Positions 1 through 10,794 of a stretch of DNA of 64,000 bases are shown piece after piece. The number at the start of each line of letters is the position of its first letter. Position 1 is the first letter of the stretch. The stretch spans positions 10,852-74,851 of the forward strand of contig CACPJY010000006.1 of NCBI GenBank assembly GCA_902634405.1. The letters run 5' to 3'. A program made the position numbers and the translations under genes. The DNA is from an uncultured Synechococcaceae cyanobacterium (GTDB taxonomy: Bacteria; Cyanobacteriota; Cyanobacteriia; PCC-6307; Cyanobiaceae). Under the pieces are notes generated by a model, which saw only the letters and a list, made by a program, of their open reading frames with translations, ran no database searches and was not told where the DNA came from.

Positions 1-1
1 A

Positions 2-1108
2 GACTTCATATCTGAATTAGAGGATAATGGACATGCATATTCTGTAGAGGGAGATGTCTACTTTGATGTTTCTTCTTTTTCCAGTTATGGAAAATTAAGT
101 GGACGAAATCTGCTTGATCAACTTACCAACGCAGATGGGCGTACTTATATCCGAGATAATCTAAAAAAGAAAAACCCATATGATTTTGCCTTATGGAAAT
201 CTGCTAAGGATGGTGAACCTAGTTTTTCGTCTAGATGGGGTGACGGTCGTCCAGGTTGGCATATTGAATGTTCTGCAATGGTTAGATCAGAATTAGGCAA
301 CTCTATAGATATCCACTTAGGAGGTTCAGACCTCGTATTCCCACATCATGAAAATGAAATAGCCCAATCGGAATGCTTGAGTGGAAATCAATTGGCTCGA
401 TATTGGTTGCATAACGGAATGGTTAACGTTCAGGGAGAAAAGATGAGTAAGTCATTAGGAAATTTCAAAACAATTAGATCTCTTCTTTCAAGTGGTATTT
501 CACCAATGACTCTTCGACTTTTTGTACTGCAAGCTCATTATCGTAAACCTATTGACTTTACTGAAGAAGCACTCAAGGCTACTTCTATTGCATGGAATAG
601 ACTTAATTCAGCACTTTCTTTGGGTATTGAATACTCACATATTTTTAATAATAAATCTCATATAAGTAATAAAACAGATATCTCTACTTTTAAAAATAAA
701 TTTATTCGTTCTATGAACGACGATCTAAATACTTCTGAGTCTCTTGCAGTTCTTTTTGATATTTCCAAACCACTAAGATCTATTGCTAACCGTATTTATA
801 GAAAAGAACCTCTCGATTATGATTCATTAGATATATCTTCTATTTATGCCAGATGGCAGCTTTTAACTGAACTTGCTAATGTTTTGGGACTTCAATATGA
901 ATACGATCCAGTTACCAATAGATCTGATATTAGTCCTGCATTGTTGAAAAAGATAAAATCCGCTATTGTTGAACGCCAAAAGGCAAAATTAAATCGCGAT
1001 TATGAAAAAGCCGACTTAATTAGAAATGAGATGAGAAAGCTAGGTATAGATTTAATAGATAAACCTTCTGGAATGACAGATTGGGTTCAAGTTAAACTGT
1101 CGAATTAA
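2..1108 (+). CDS. cysS: cysteine--tRNA ligase, C-terminal part (5' end lies outside the window)
   Basis: The frame is open from the window edge. It carries GRPGWHIECSAM, HLGGSDLVFPHHENEIAQSE and KMSKSLGN, which are class I aaRS / CysRS signatures. Confidence 0.9.
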   Translation, partial: DFISELEDNGHAYSVEGDVYFDVSSFSSYGKLSGRNLLDQLTNADGRTYIRDNLKKKNPYDFALWKSAKDGEPSFSSRWGDGRPGWHIECSAMVRSELGNSIDIHLGGSDLVFPHHENEIAQSECLSGNQLARYWLHNGMVNVQGEKMSKSLGNFKTIRSLLSSGISPMTLRLFVLQAHYRKPIDFTEEALKATSIAWNRLNSALSLGIEYSHIFNNKSHISNKTDISTFKNKFIRSMNDDLNTSESLAVLFDISKPLRSIANRIYRKEPLDYDSLDISSIYARWQLLTELANVLGLQYEYDPVTNRSDISPALLKKIKSAIVERQKAKLNRDYEKADLIRNEMRKLGIDLIDKPSGMTDWVQVKLSN

Positions 1109-1136
1109 AACGTTTCCTAAGACTTTCTTTACCCTT

Positions 1137-2450
1137 TTATAAAAGATCAATTATACTTATTATTAATCCAAATGCTATTACAGGTGGAGAAACCCACCTT
1201 AACATAAATTTTAAGGCATTTTGAATTGATCTGTTTGTATTAGAAACTATTAACTCTTCATCAAACGTCCTCTTTGAAACCCAACCCAATAATACAGTTA
1301 TTAATAAACCACCAAAGATTAATAATACTCCGCCGAATACTGCATCCATTGTTGATAGAAACTCTATATCAATTGCTGCTGGGATGCCGAAAATAAATAT
1401 TACTATAGAGCTAACAAGAACTGATTTTCTTCTTTTCCAGCCTAGCTTTTCAATTAAAGACGATACAGGAACCTCCAAGAGTGAAATTGCTGAGGTAAGT
1501 GCTGCTATATATGCCAGGAAGAAGAATAGAATTGCAACTAATCTACCAGTTAACCCTAGCGATGATAATCCTGTTGGTAGTGAAATAAAAAGTGTGCCAA
1601 CTGTAGACTCGCTAATCATATCTTTAAGTCCAAAACTCATAACAACTGGAAATGTAACCAAGCCTGCTAATAGTCCCACTGATGTATCCATCCCTACTAC
1701 AGCAAATGCTTCTTTAGGTAATTGACTTTTTTTAGTTAAATATGCTGAGTAGGCTAATATACAACCAATTCCAGTACCTATTGAGAAAAAAGCTTGAGTG
1801 AATGCATTCCTAACAGTCGTTGGGTTCATCAATTCATTTACATCCCATCGAAGTAGAAATGTTTTATATCCTTCAAACGCACCTGGTAGGCTTGTTGCCC
1901 ATATAGCCAAGAAAATAAGTATTAGAAATAAGAGAGGCATACACCATTTTGTAAGTCTTTCTATTCCATTCCTTATTCCTGCTGATACCACGATTCCTGT
2001 TAAGACAAGGCTTAATAATTGTCCTAATAAAACACTTTTTCCAGTACTGACAGATCCGAAAAATGCTTCGGCCTCTCCCATATCAGTCGGCAATCCAGTA
2101 ACAATTGAATGAAGCAGAGTATGAGCAGTCCATCCCATCAACACCGCGTAGAAGGAAAGAATTCCGCAGGAAGCTATTACAAAGATCCAGCCCATAGCTT
2201 TCCAACTATCACCAGCAGCTTTTGCTGGAGCAAGTAATGGACTACTTCCAGTACTCCTCCCTAAAACCATTTCTGCAACCAGAACTGGTAGGCAGACGAG
2301 TGTGACGATAGTGATATAGAGCAGAAGGAATGCCGCGCCACCTCCTTGTGAGGCTCTATATGCAAAGCCCCAAAGATTCCCTAACCCAACAGCACTCCCT
2401 GCTGCCGCAAGAACAAATCCAAATCGAGATCCCCAGTATTCGTGTTTCAT
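1137..2450 (-). CDS. sodium-dependent transporter, SNF/NSS family
   Basis: The N-terminus WGSRFGFVLAAAGSAVGLGNLWGFAY is typical of neurotransmitter:sodium symporter homologs. The 437-aa protein is hydrophobic and multi-pass. Confidence 0.85.
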   Translation of the reverse strand: MKHEYWGSRFGFVLAAAGSAVGLGNLWGFAYRASQGGGAAFLLLYITIVTLVCLPVLVAEMVLGRSTGSSPLLAPAKAAGDSWKAMGWIFVIASCGILSFYAVLMGWTAHTLLHSIVTGLPTDMGEAEAFFGSVSTGKSVLLGQLLSLVLTGIVVSAGIRNGIERLTKWCMPLLFLILIFLAIWATSLPGAFEGYKTFLLRWDVNELMNPTTVRNAFTQAFFSIGTGIGCILAYSAYLTKKSQLPKEAFAVVGMDTSVGLLAGLVTFPVVMSFGLKDMISESTVGTLFISLPTGLSSLGLTGRLVAILFFFLAYIAALTSAISLLEVPVSSLIEKLGWKRRKSVLVSSIVIFIFGIPAAIDIEFLSTMDAVFGGVLLIFGGLLITVLLGWVSKRTFDEELIVSNTNRSIQNALKFMLRWVSPPVIAFGLIISIIDLL

Positions 2451-2555
2451 TTTTCGGAATTTTTTCTAAGCATATTTAAGAGCATATTTAATATCTGTAC
2501 ATTATTACGATCATATGCCTTGTGATGGGAGACTGGAACCAACTGAACTGACAGC

Positions 2556-3809
2556 GTGAAGGCCATCAGTATCCTGGGATCAACCGGTTCTATCGGCACT
2601 CAAACTCTGCAAATTGTCGATGAATTACCTAATCAATTCAAAGTCGTTGCCTTAACAGCAGGTAGTAATCTAGAGCTACTTGTTGACCAGATTAAGCGCT
2701 ATTCACCAGAAGCTGTTGCTTTAGCAGATGAGACATTACTACCAGAGTTAAAGGATCGCTTAAATTCTTTAACTCAAGATGAGAAGCCTAGATGTTCCCC
2801 AGAATTGTTTGCTGGATCTGAAGGCCTTAATACTGTTGCTTCATGGGAATCATCAGATCTTGTAGTCACTGGGATTGTTGGATGTGCAGGCTTACTTCCT
2901 ACTCTTGCTGCTATTAGGGCTGGAAAAGACTTAGCCTTAGCAAATAAAGAAACACTCATAGCAGCAGGCCCAGTAGTCCTTCCTGAATTGAAACGCACTG
3001 GTAGTCGATTACTTCCTGCTGATTCCGAACATTCAGCTATTTTTCAATGTTTACAAGGAACTCCTTGGGCTGACAATGCTCGTCTTTCAACAGGTGTACC
3101 CACTCCAGGATTACGACGAATTCAATTGACTGCATCTGGAGGTGCATTTAGGGATTGGTCGTTGGAAGATCTACAAGAAGCAACAGTTTCAGATGCTACT
3201 ACTCATCCTAATTGGAGTATGGGAAAAAAAATTACAGTTGATTCAGCAACCCTTATGAATAAAGGACTTGAAGTTATAGAAGCACATTATTTATTTGGAC
3301 TCGATTACGACAATATCGAAATTGTTATACACCCTCAAAGCATTATTCATTCAATGGTTGAACTCTTTGACTCTTCTGTTCTTGGCCAACTTGGTTGGCC
3401 AGATATGAAGCTACCAATTTTGTATTGTTTAAGTTGGCCAAATCGCCTTGAAACACCATGGAAACGTTTGAATTTGTCTGACGTAGGAACTCTTACATTC
3501 ACTTTGCCAGACGTCAAAAAATATCCTTGTATGGAGCTTGCCTATGAAGCAGGTAGAACTGGTGCAACTATGCCAGCTGTTATGAATGCAGCTAATGAAC
3601 AAGCAGTAGCACAATTCCTTGAAGAGAAGATTCATTTTTTAGATATACCTTATGTAATTGAGTCTGTCTGTGACAGACACAAGTCGGATTTAATTAAACA
3701 GCCGAATCTTGAAGATATACTTTCGGTCGATAATTGGGCTCGACAATTTGTTCTAGAACTAACCAGTAGAGGTACTCGACGTTGTCCTAATCCTAGTGTG
3801 AAAGCATGA
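2556..3809 (+). CDS. dxr: 1-deoxy-D-xylulose 5-phosphate reductoisomerase
   Basis: GTG start. [15 protein letters not shown] is the NADPH-binding N-terminus. [18 protein letters not shown] and [27 protein letters not shown] are Dxr motifs. Confidence 0.93.
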   Translation: MKAISILGSTGSIGTQTLQIVDELPNQFKVVALTAGSNLELLVDQIKRYSPEAVALADETLLPELKDRLNSLTQDEKPRCSPELFAGSEGLNTVASWESSDLVVTGIVGCAGLLPTLAAIRAGKDLALANKETLIAAGPVVLPELKRTGSRLLPADSEHSAIFQCLQGTPWADNARLSTGVPTPGLRRIQLTASGGAFRDWSLEDLQEATVSDATTHPNWSMGKKITVDSATLMNKGLEVIEAHYLFGLDYDNIEIVIHPQSIIHSMVELFDSSVLGQLGWPDMKLPILYCLSWPNRLETPWKRLNLSDVGTLTFTLPDVKKYPCMELAYEAGRTGATMPAVMNAANEQAVAQFLEEKIHFLDIPYVIESVCDRHKSDLIKQPNLEDILSVDNWARQFVLELTSRGTRRCPNPSVKA

Positions 3810-4150
3810 CAGTACTTGTAAAGAAACATCTTCTTTTTTGTGGTGCGAGTGCTTCAGGTAATTGTTCTATAATTAAACACTCACAATCTTCTTGGATTAG
3901 AATTAAAAAATTAATTAGAGATTACGATCTAGAAAATTCTTCAAAATCTAATGGTATTGTTTTAAGAAGTAAAGTCGAATGCTTGAGAGTATGTGAGGGA
4001 GGTCCCATACTTCTTATTTGGCCAGACGGAATTTGGTACGGTTCAATTACACCAGAAAAATTAGATATTATTTTTAAAAAGCATATTATGAAGGGTCAGC
4101 CTGTTAATGAATGGATAATAAGGAAGACACCTTTGAAATCGATTGATTAA
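3806..4150 (+). CDS. thioredoxin-like [2Fe-2S] ferredoxin family protein
   Basis: Four Cys residues are arranged C12/C20 ... C59-x3-C63 (CLRVCEGGP), followed by the IWPDGIWYG pattern of COG3411-type ferredoxins. An ATGA overlap joins it to the dxr stop. Confidence 0.6.
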   Translation: MTVLVKKHLLFCGASASGNCSIIKHSQSSWIRIKKLIRDYDLENSSKSNGIVLRSKVECLRVCEGGPILLIWPDGIWYGSITPEKLDIIFKKHIMKGQPVNEWIIRKTPLKSID

Positions 4151-5205
4151 TTATTAATTGAATTTAGCCAATTGCAAACTAGATAATCCCCCCAGCAACC
4201 ATTCTTACCATGAAAGCCATTATGACCTCCTTTATTAGTAATTAAGACTTTTAGATGTGTCAATTTCTTATCTCTAATTATTTGTTGCAACCTTTGTGTT
4301 GCCTTAACAGGGACCCAAGGGTCATCGCAAGATTGTAAAAATAATGTAGGCGGAAGAGATATGTAATCATTTTCAATTTTGGTTATCGGGGATTCATTTT
4401 CGTAGTATTCACCTACACTTTTATGACACCACCTTGGTGCTGTTACCAAGCTATCAAATTCCCTTATGCTTCTAAGTCGATTTGCAAATTTGTGAAGATC
4501 ATTTGATCTAGTAGTATTTGACGAATCCCTTAAGAACGGGTCATCTAATGTCTGCTTAATTAATCTTTTCAATAGCCAATGTTGATATATATAATTTCTA
4601 TGTGTTTCTATCTTTCTACTGCATTCTATCAAATCTAGAGGACTACTTGTACAGACCAATCCATCTAGTAATGGGTTTGTATTGGATTTTGAATTATTGT
4701 CTAAACATGCATTTAGTAGGATTGTGCCACCTAAAGAGATTCCAGCAGCAAATAGAGGAATTTCTAGCATTCTGTTAGATTCACCCTTCAATTGTTTACA
4801 TAAAGATCTAGCAAACGCAATAACAGGCTTTAGGTCAGAAGAGCAATTTGCAGAGTAAGTACCACCTGCGTGACTTCTTCCTTCACCAGCTCCTCTTAAA
4901 TTAACTTTAAGAACTCCAAATCCATTCTCAAGAAGCCTTTTCCCCATACGCCTTAGTCCATTTCTTTTAGTTGAGCCCCCAAGGCCGTGTATTAATATAA
5001 CTATTCCTTTTAATGTGGATTGATTGCTCGGTTTTTCTAGAATACAAAGTAATGCACCTTCTGCAAAGCTCTTATCGGGTAATTCTGGTATTTTTATAAG
5101 TAATTTCTCAAATGGTGTATTTGATTCTGCTTCTTGCTTGAAAGTATCTCTTAATGTTTGCAAGTCACCCCCATGCCAAGGAAATCTTTCCTTAAATGGA
5201 CTCAT
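4147..5205 (-). CDS. alpha/beta hydrolase (YheT-like)
   Basis: It has an HGLGGS oxyanion/turn region and an ISLGG nucleophile elbow. I prefer the ATG at 5205 (MSPFKERFPWHGGDLQTL). The GTG at 5256 used in the ORF track would overlap pntB by 20 nt. Confidence 0.7.
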   Translation of the reverse strand: MSPFKERFPWHGGDLQTLRDTFKQEAESNTPFEKLLIKIPELPDKSFAEGALLCILEKPSNQSTLKGIVILIHGLGGSTKRNGLRRMGKRLLENGFGVLKVNLRGAGEGRSHAGGTYSANCSSDLKPVIAFARSLCKQLKGESNRMLEIPLFAAGISLGGTILLNACLDNNSKSNTNPLLDGLVCTSSPLDLIECSRKIETHRNYIYQHWLLKRLIKQTLDDPFLRDSSNTTRSNDLHKFANRLRSIREFDSLVTAPRWCHKSVGEYYENESPITKIENDYISLPPTLFLQSCDDPWVPVKATQRLQQIIRDKKLTHLKVLITNKGGHNGFHGKNGCWGDYLVCNWLNSINN

Positions 5206-5236
5206 CTTAAAAGACTTTAATAAGTCTTCTTTTATA

Positions 5237-6676
5237 TTATCTTCGTGTAGCAACACCTAATTCTTTAAGTTCGACTAATAAATCCCCTAGGACTTTTTTA
5301 GCATCACCAAATACCATCGACGTGTTAGATAGATCAAAAAGATCATTTTTAATACCTGAATATCCAGAACTCATTCCGCGTTTGATAACAAAAATAGTTC
5401 TAGCTTCTTGTACATCCAATACTGGCATTCCATATAAAGGGGATGATTTGTCGTTTTTGGCCTGAGGGTTAACAACATCGTTTGCACCTAGGACTATTAC
5501 TACATCTGTTGCTGCAAATTCAGGATTTATTTCATCCATTTCTTTTAATTGCTCATAGGGAATATCTGCCTCTGCTAGTAGTACATTCATATGACCTGGC
5601 ATTCTCCCTGCTACAGGGTGAATTGCGTAACTAACATTGATTCCCCCAGATTCCAAGACTCTGGTTACTTCTCGCAAGGTGTGTTGAGCTTGTGCAACAG
5701 CTAGACCATAACCTGGAACTATTACAACTCGTTCAGCTGCTTCTAGGGTCAAAGCACATTCTTCAACACTGCAGCTGGTGATATTGAGATATTCATTGTT
5801 TTGAGCATCTGTTGAATCAGTTTGACCACTAATTGCTCCTCCAAAGAGAACAGACACTAGGGATCTGTTCATTCCTTTACACATAACTTGAGTAAGAATT
5901 AAGCCAGCAGCTCCAACCATTGCCCCAGCTACTATTAGAAGTTGACTACCAACGACAAAGCCAGCAGCAGCGGCTGCTACACCTGAGTAACTATTAAGCA
6001 ACGAAATTACAACTGGCATATCAGCTCCACCAATTGGAAGAGTTACACCAATGCCAATAAGACTTGAAGCAATTACTAACAGCCAAATACTTTCATTTGT
6101 CCCGTTTAAAACATCAATAGCTGCAACTAATGATGTGATTGAAAAACTAATATTTATTGCATGACGTAGTTTGCTTTGCATCCAATTAGGTGTTTCAAGG
6201 AAACCTTGTAATTTTGCCATTGCTACAAGAGATCCAGTAAAGGTTATACAGCCAACAAATATAGAAATTAGAACTGAAATATTCTCAACAACGTTTGTAG
6301 AAGTCTGTGTACCGTTTGCAGAATACTGAAATAGTGATACACCAAGAGCTACTAGTAAAGAAGACATGCCTCCACAACCATTGAACAAAGCAACGGTCTC
6401 TGGCATTGATGTCATAGGTACTCTTCTTGCTGTTATTATTCCTAAGAAAGAGCCTACAAAACATCCTACTATTATCCATATTATAGATTGATTTGATACT
6501 CCGTAGGTATTAAATGAATCAATTAGTACTCCAACAAAAGCAATCAACATTGCTACAGCTGCTAGTCTATTAGCTTCTCGAGCAGAGCTAACCTTAGATA
6601 GTCCTTTAATCCCAAGAGCAAGCAATAATACAGCAAATAGGTCTATTGCATACTTGATAATTTGAATTAAGTCCAT
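5237..6676 (-). CDS. pntB: NAD(P) transhydrogenase subunit beta
   Basis: The N-terminal half is multi-pass and the C-terminal half is an NADP(H)-binding domain (VPGYGLAVAQAQH, HPVAGRMPGHMNVLLAEA, GANDVVNP). Confidence 0.9.
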   Translation of the reverse strand: MDLIQIIKYAIDLFAVLLLALGIKGLSKVSSAREANRLAAVAMLIAFVGVLIDSFNTYGVSNQSIIWIIVGCFVGSFLGIITARRVPMTSMPETVALFNGCGGMSSLLVALGVSLFQYSANGTQTSTNVVENISVLISIFVGCITFTGSLVAMAKLQGFLETPNWMQSKLRHAINISFSITSLVAAIDVLNGTNESIWLLVIASSLIGIGVTLPIGGADMPVVISLLNSYSGVAAAAAGFVVGSQLLIVAGAMVGAAGLILTQVMCKGMNRSLVSVLFGGAISGQTDSTDAQNNEYLNITSCSVEECALTLEAAERVVIVPGYGLAVAQAQHTLREVTRVLESGGINVSYAIHPVAGRMPGHMNVLLAEADIPYEQLKEMDEINPEFAATDVVIVLGANDVVNPQAKNDKSSPLYGMPVLDVQEARTIFVIKRGMSSGYSGIKNDLFDLSNTSMVFGDAKKVLGDLLVELKELGVATRR

Positions 6677-6981
6677 TAGTTTTTATTTCTCCTCCTATCG
6701 GATTTACGGCTGAACATCGCTAACATTCGGTCAGTTACTAGAAATCCACCAATTACATTAAATAATGCAAATCCTAGAGCTACAGAACCTATAAGTAGTA
6801 GATGAATGTTTTCGCCAGATTTAATTATTAGTGTTAACGCTGCAAGCATTGTAATTCCTGAAATAGCATTCGCTCCGCTCATTAGAGGAGTATGCAATGT
6901 TGGAGGTACTTTTCCTATTAACTCAAGTCCTAAAAGACTTCCTAGTAACAAGACCCATAAAGCTTCAGTAAGAAAAGACAT
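6676..6981 (-). CDS. pntA: NAD(P) transhydrogenase subunit alpha, part 2 (membrane part)
   Basis: A 101-aa hydrophobic protein sits between the alpha-1 and beta genes, with 1-nt overlaps on both sides. This is the usual three-gene pnt arrangement. Confidence 0.8.
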   Translation of the reverse strand: MSFLTEALWVLLLGSLLGLELIGKVPPTLHTPLMSGANAISGITMLAALTLIIKSGENIHLLLIGSVALGFALFNVIGGFLVTDRMLAMFSRKSDRRRNKN

Positions 6982-8123
6982 TAGTTAGAACCCTCAACGG
7001 TTAGGACTTGATTGCACCTAAGTTTTCCTTCATAACTAATTAGGCAACCAGATATCAATTGATCATCGATATCGAGAAATAATTGTTTTTCTTTCAAAAG
7101 AGGTTGAATCAATGAAAGTAGGTTACGTGAATAGAGTGAACTTGCATGGTTTGGAACTGAACAAGCAAGTTCTGCTGCTCCTATTAGTTTCACACCATTT
7201 CGGACAATTGTTTCTCCTGCTTTTGTTTCTGCACAATTTCCTCCCTGGGCGACAGCTAAATCAACCACTACAGAACCTGTACGCATTCGATCGAGCATAC
7301 TCTCATTTATGAGTCGTGGTGCTTTTCTACCAGGTACTTGAGCAGTACAGATTGCCACATCTGCTTCAGCAAGTTGATCGCTTAGTAGTTTTCTTTGTGC
7401 TTTTAGGAATTCTTCTGACACCTGTTTTGCATATCCCCCAGTTTCTTTGGGACTTTCATTGACTTCAGGTAACGGTATAAATCTTGCCCCAAGAGATTCG
7501 ATTTGTTCTTTAACTCCTTCTCGAATATCACTAACATAAACAACAGCACCTAGTCTCTTAGCTGTTGCAATGGCTTGAAGTCCTGCCACTCCAGCACCTA
7601 ACACGACAACTTTTGCTGGTTGTACTGTCCCTGCTGCTGTCATAAGCATTGGGAAATATCTATCTAGCGCACTGGCAGCTAGAAGAACCGATTTGTACCC
7701 GGCAATGTTTGCTTGAGAAGAAAGTGCATCTGCTGATTGAGCTCTACTAATTCTTGGAAGCAGTTCTAATGCAATAGCTGATAGTTTTCCTTGTTCTAAG
7801 GCTCTGGACAATTGTTCATTTCCATATGGTTCTAACAGTCCTACGATTAGAGCTGCAGGCTTAAGGAAAGATAATTGATTTATCTGTGGAGATTTAACGC
7901 ATAAGAGCAGGTCTGCTTTACTCCATACGCCTTTATCATTAGGAGCTTCAACCTCACATCCGACATTTCTGTAATCACTGTCAGCGAACCCTGCACTCTG
8001 ACCAGCAGCCTTTTCAATAGAAACCTGAAAGCCTATTGAAATAAATTTCTTAGCGGATTCTGGAGTAGCTGCGACTCTTGTCTCCCCTTGCTTTGATTCG
8101 TTTTGGATTAGGATTCTTGGCAA
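6981..8123 (-). CDS. pntA: NAD(P) transhydrogenase subunit alpha, part 1 (AlaDH-like dI domain)
   Basis: TTG start. ETRVAATPE at the N-terminus, the Rossmann motif VVVLGAGVAGLQAIATAKRLGA, and TAQVPGRKAP. Confidence 0.9.
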   Translation of the reverse strand: MPRILIQNESKQGETRVAATPESAKKFISIGFQVSIEKAAGQSAGFADSDYRNVGCEVEAPNDKGVWSKADLLLCVKSPQINQLSFLKPAALIVGLLEPYGNEQLSRALEQGKLSAIALELLPRISRAQSADALSSQANIAGYKSVLLAASALDRYFPMLMTAAGTVQPAKVVVLGAGVAGLQAIATAKRLGAVVYVSDIREGVKEQIESLGARFIPLPEVNESPKETGGYAKQVSEEFLKAQRKLLSDQLAEADVAICTAQVPGRKAPRLINESMLDRMRTGSVVVDLAVAQGGNCAETKAGETIVRNGVKLIGAAELACSVPNHASSLYSRNLLSLIQPLLKEKQLFLDIDDQLISGCLISYEGKLRCNQVLTVEGSN

Positions 8124-8244
8124 GATTTAGTACGACTAACCAACGAGAGAATACGGGGTCAGGTGCCTAAAAAGGAACATTTCAACAAAAAGACTTTTCA
8201 AAAATGATCTTTAAGCTAAGAAATAGTTACGTAGCAATTTTTAA

Positions 8245-8823
8245 ATGCCCCTTACAGCAATTGAATGTCCTAATGGCGTATGTCACAGCCATCATGGTGG
8301 CCACGCTATTGATCGAACAACCATGCAATCCAACCTTCAAAAGCATGGCCGTGAGTGGTGTGAACGCCTAGCTGAGCGTATATATGAGATGTCTGTCGAT
8401 ACCTATTCTCAGACTGTAATGCCAAGTCTTCATGCCTCTGGATGGCAGAAAAGACATTTAGATTGGGAATTTAAACTAGATAAAGCTGGTTCAGAACCTG
8501 ATGCAACTCTTGTAGAAGGCATGATTAATGCTACTGAAAGTTTTCTGAGAAGTAGCGAGGTCCATCGTTTATTTATTCAAGAACTTATTGAAGGAACTTT
8601 TGCTGAAGCTTCTGCTGATTCACTCCGTTTGTCTGCAGTAAGGAAACTGATCGAAAATGAGATCATTGCAATGCTAGAAGAGCAAAAGCTTTCCCTTGTA
8701 GACCGTGTAGCAGCAGAACTTTTGAATGAAGCTGATGGCAGCTTTGAAATGGCCCAGAAAGCTACTCTAGAAGGATTGGATGAAGTAGAAAAGCTTCTAC
8801 TAAATCATACAGAATCTATTTAG
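8245..8823 (+). CDS. hypothetical protein with a Cys/His-rich N-terminus
   Basis: 192-aa ORF with a coding-like composition. The N-terminus reads CPNGVCHSHHGGH. I recognise no family motif. Confidence 0.55.
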   Translation: MPLTAIECPNGVCHSHHGGHAIDRTTMQSNLQKHGREWCERLAERIYEMSVDTYSQTVMPSLHASGWQKRHLDWEFKLDKAGSEPDATLVEGMINATESFLRSSEVHRLFIQELIEGTFAEASADSLRLSAVRKLIENEIIAMLEEQKLSLVDRVAAELLNEADGSFEMAQKATLEGLDEVEKLLLNHTESI

Positions 8824-8944
8824 TTTAAATATCAATTATTGCTTTACCAAGGTAGTTATCATATAAGGTCGCTTTTCAAAAAATAACTCTATGTTTAAAA
8901 ATTCCTGGGCTTTATACTACCACTCTTCTTAATATTTGCTATAA

Positions 8945-10400
8945 ATGTACAGTTCCTTTTTTAACTATAGTTTCCTTCAAAATTTTTGGAGTCAATTCCC
9001 AAAAAGGAATTACTCCTAGAAACTGGCAAAATCATCTAATAACTCTTTTACGTCGAAAGCTTACAGATTTTTCATGTAAGCAAGATATCCTTGTACACGC
9101 TGGACCTGGGGCAGGAAAAACGCTTGGTGCATTATTGGCTTTTAATTCAATGAAAAATGAAGGCAAACTATCCAAGTTTATTGTCTTTTGTCATCGAAAT
9201 TCTATTGCTGCACAATGGATTGATTCTTCTAATAAAATTGATATTAAACTCGTTGACTTTTCTTCGTTTGAAAACAATACTCAATCCTTGCAATCCATTG
9301 ATGGTTTCGTAATAACCTATCAATCAGCAACTAAAAAAATACATCTAATAGAGTCTTTACTTTTGAATTGGTCTCAAGAGAAGATCTTAGCAATAGCAGA
9401 TGAAGCTCATCATTTAGGTATTAGTCCTGATGGCGAGGCAAATCCTTCATGGGGAAACGCATTTGTTTCTTCTACAACTAGTTGTTCTCTTAAATTAGGA
9501 CTTACTGGCACTCCTTTTCGCTCAGATAATCTAATTTTTTGCTCAGCAAAAAGTACTATTATTAAAACAGAAAAGAATTTATTTTATGAAATCAACCCTG
9601 ATTTATCAGTTCAATCACATGAATTGATTAATAGTGGTGATATACGTCCATTAGAATTTCGTTTTTTGGATGGTCTTGTTGAACATATTGATTCAGCCCA
9701 AATCCCACAATTCTCGAAGGTGTCCTCAGAATCGAGAGATACATGGCGTGCTAGGAACTTAAGGCAAATAGTTAAATTGTCTGATCCCAGCACGATTGCC
9801 ATAAACCTTTTAATAAGAGCTCAGAAACAATTAGATAGGGTTAGATCTAAAGATGAACGTGCTGCTGGACTAGTTATCGCAAAAGATATCGATCATGCTG
9901 TTTCCATTGCGAAATTTCTTCGTGAAGATGGCAGTCGTGTTGATCTCGTCCATTCTCAGGACCGAGATTCTTGTTCAAGACTTTCCTCTTTTGAGCAAAG
10001 TCAGTCTGACTGGCTCGTTAGCGTAGATATGTGTAGTGAGGGATTTGATGCTCCAAGAATTCGTGTAATTGCATATATGTCCACTGTCGTAACTAAATCA
10101 CGGTTTCTTCAAGCCATCACGCGCGCAGTTCGTGTGAATTCTCATATAGCTTCATTAGAGCCTATCCCTAGGTTCCCTTCATACGTTTTCGCCCCAGCTG
10201 ACCCTTTACTTATAGATTTTGCTAAGGGATGGTCAATTACACCCCCTTATTTAATACGAAGAAATTATGAAGATATTTGCCCTGTTTCTGACCGTCAAAT
10301 TTGTTTTAAAGGACCTCAATTACCCCTAAAAGCCATTGGTAATACTATAGGGGAGCTCATTTCGATTAGATCAGCTCAATTACCAAGTTTCTTGAAGTGA
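8945..10400 (+). CDS. SF2 helicase (ResIII / DEAH type) with an unresolved 5' end (frameshift or non-canonical start)
   Basis: Helicase motifs are AGPGAGKT (Walker A, nt 9099-9122), DEAH (IADEAHHLG), LTGTPFRSD, SEGFDAPR and QAITRAVR. Walker A lies upstream of the first ATG/GTG/TTG of its frame (TTG at 9135). An ATG at 8945 is in another frame and joins this one if a single A of the A5 run at 9001-9005 is removed. Confidence 0.7.
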
Positions 10401-10494
10401 TAAGACATTTTGTAGAGAAAGATATTGTTTTCCCAACAAAAACGCCCAAGTTATACCCCTTACCAATCAATGTGGTCGGCATTGGGGAAAAATC

Positions 10495-10740
10495 ATGGAC
10501 ACTTATCTTGAAAGACGGGTCAATGTTTCTACTTGTTGGGCTTCAACTCGCTTAGCCCTACTTGACAGTATTGAGAGATATGAGGATAGCTATGCAATCA
10601 CTCAGGAATTCAAGGAGTGGATACTAACTATTGGAGAAAACCCAGAAATTCTTGAAGATTCTGTTCTTAAAGTTCCAAATGAGTTCAATTCATGTTTTAT
10701 AGATCAACAGAGCGACATCGATGAAGCTTTGGAAATTTGA
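10495..10740 (+). CDS. hypothetical acidic protein
   Basis: 81-aa ORF downstream of the helicase on the same strand. No recognisable motif. Confidence 0.4.
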   Translation: MDTYLERRVNVSTCWASTRLALLDSIERYEDSYAITQEFKEWILTIGENPEILEDSVLKVPNEFNSCFIDQQSDIDEALEI

Positions 10741-10794
10741 TAATCAATTCAAGTTTAGTTTTTATTTGATAACTTCATGGCGATTTTTACCTAT

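Noticed and set aside
1384-2112. Two plus-strand ORFs (113 and 104 aa) inside the SNF transporter gene
   Set aside because: They are shadow ORFs antisense to a clearly recognisable NSS-family transporter.
8245-10740. Helicase with flanking small ORFs considered as a defence system
   Set aside because: No nuclease, methyltransferase, ATPase partner or other defence-type domain is visible in the neighbours, and the flanking genes are housekeeping. A lone ResIII/DEAH helicase is not sufficient evidence.
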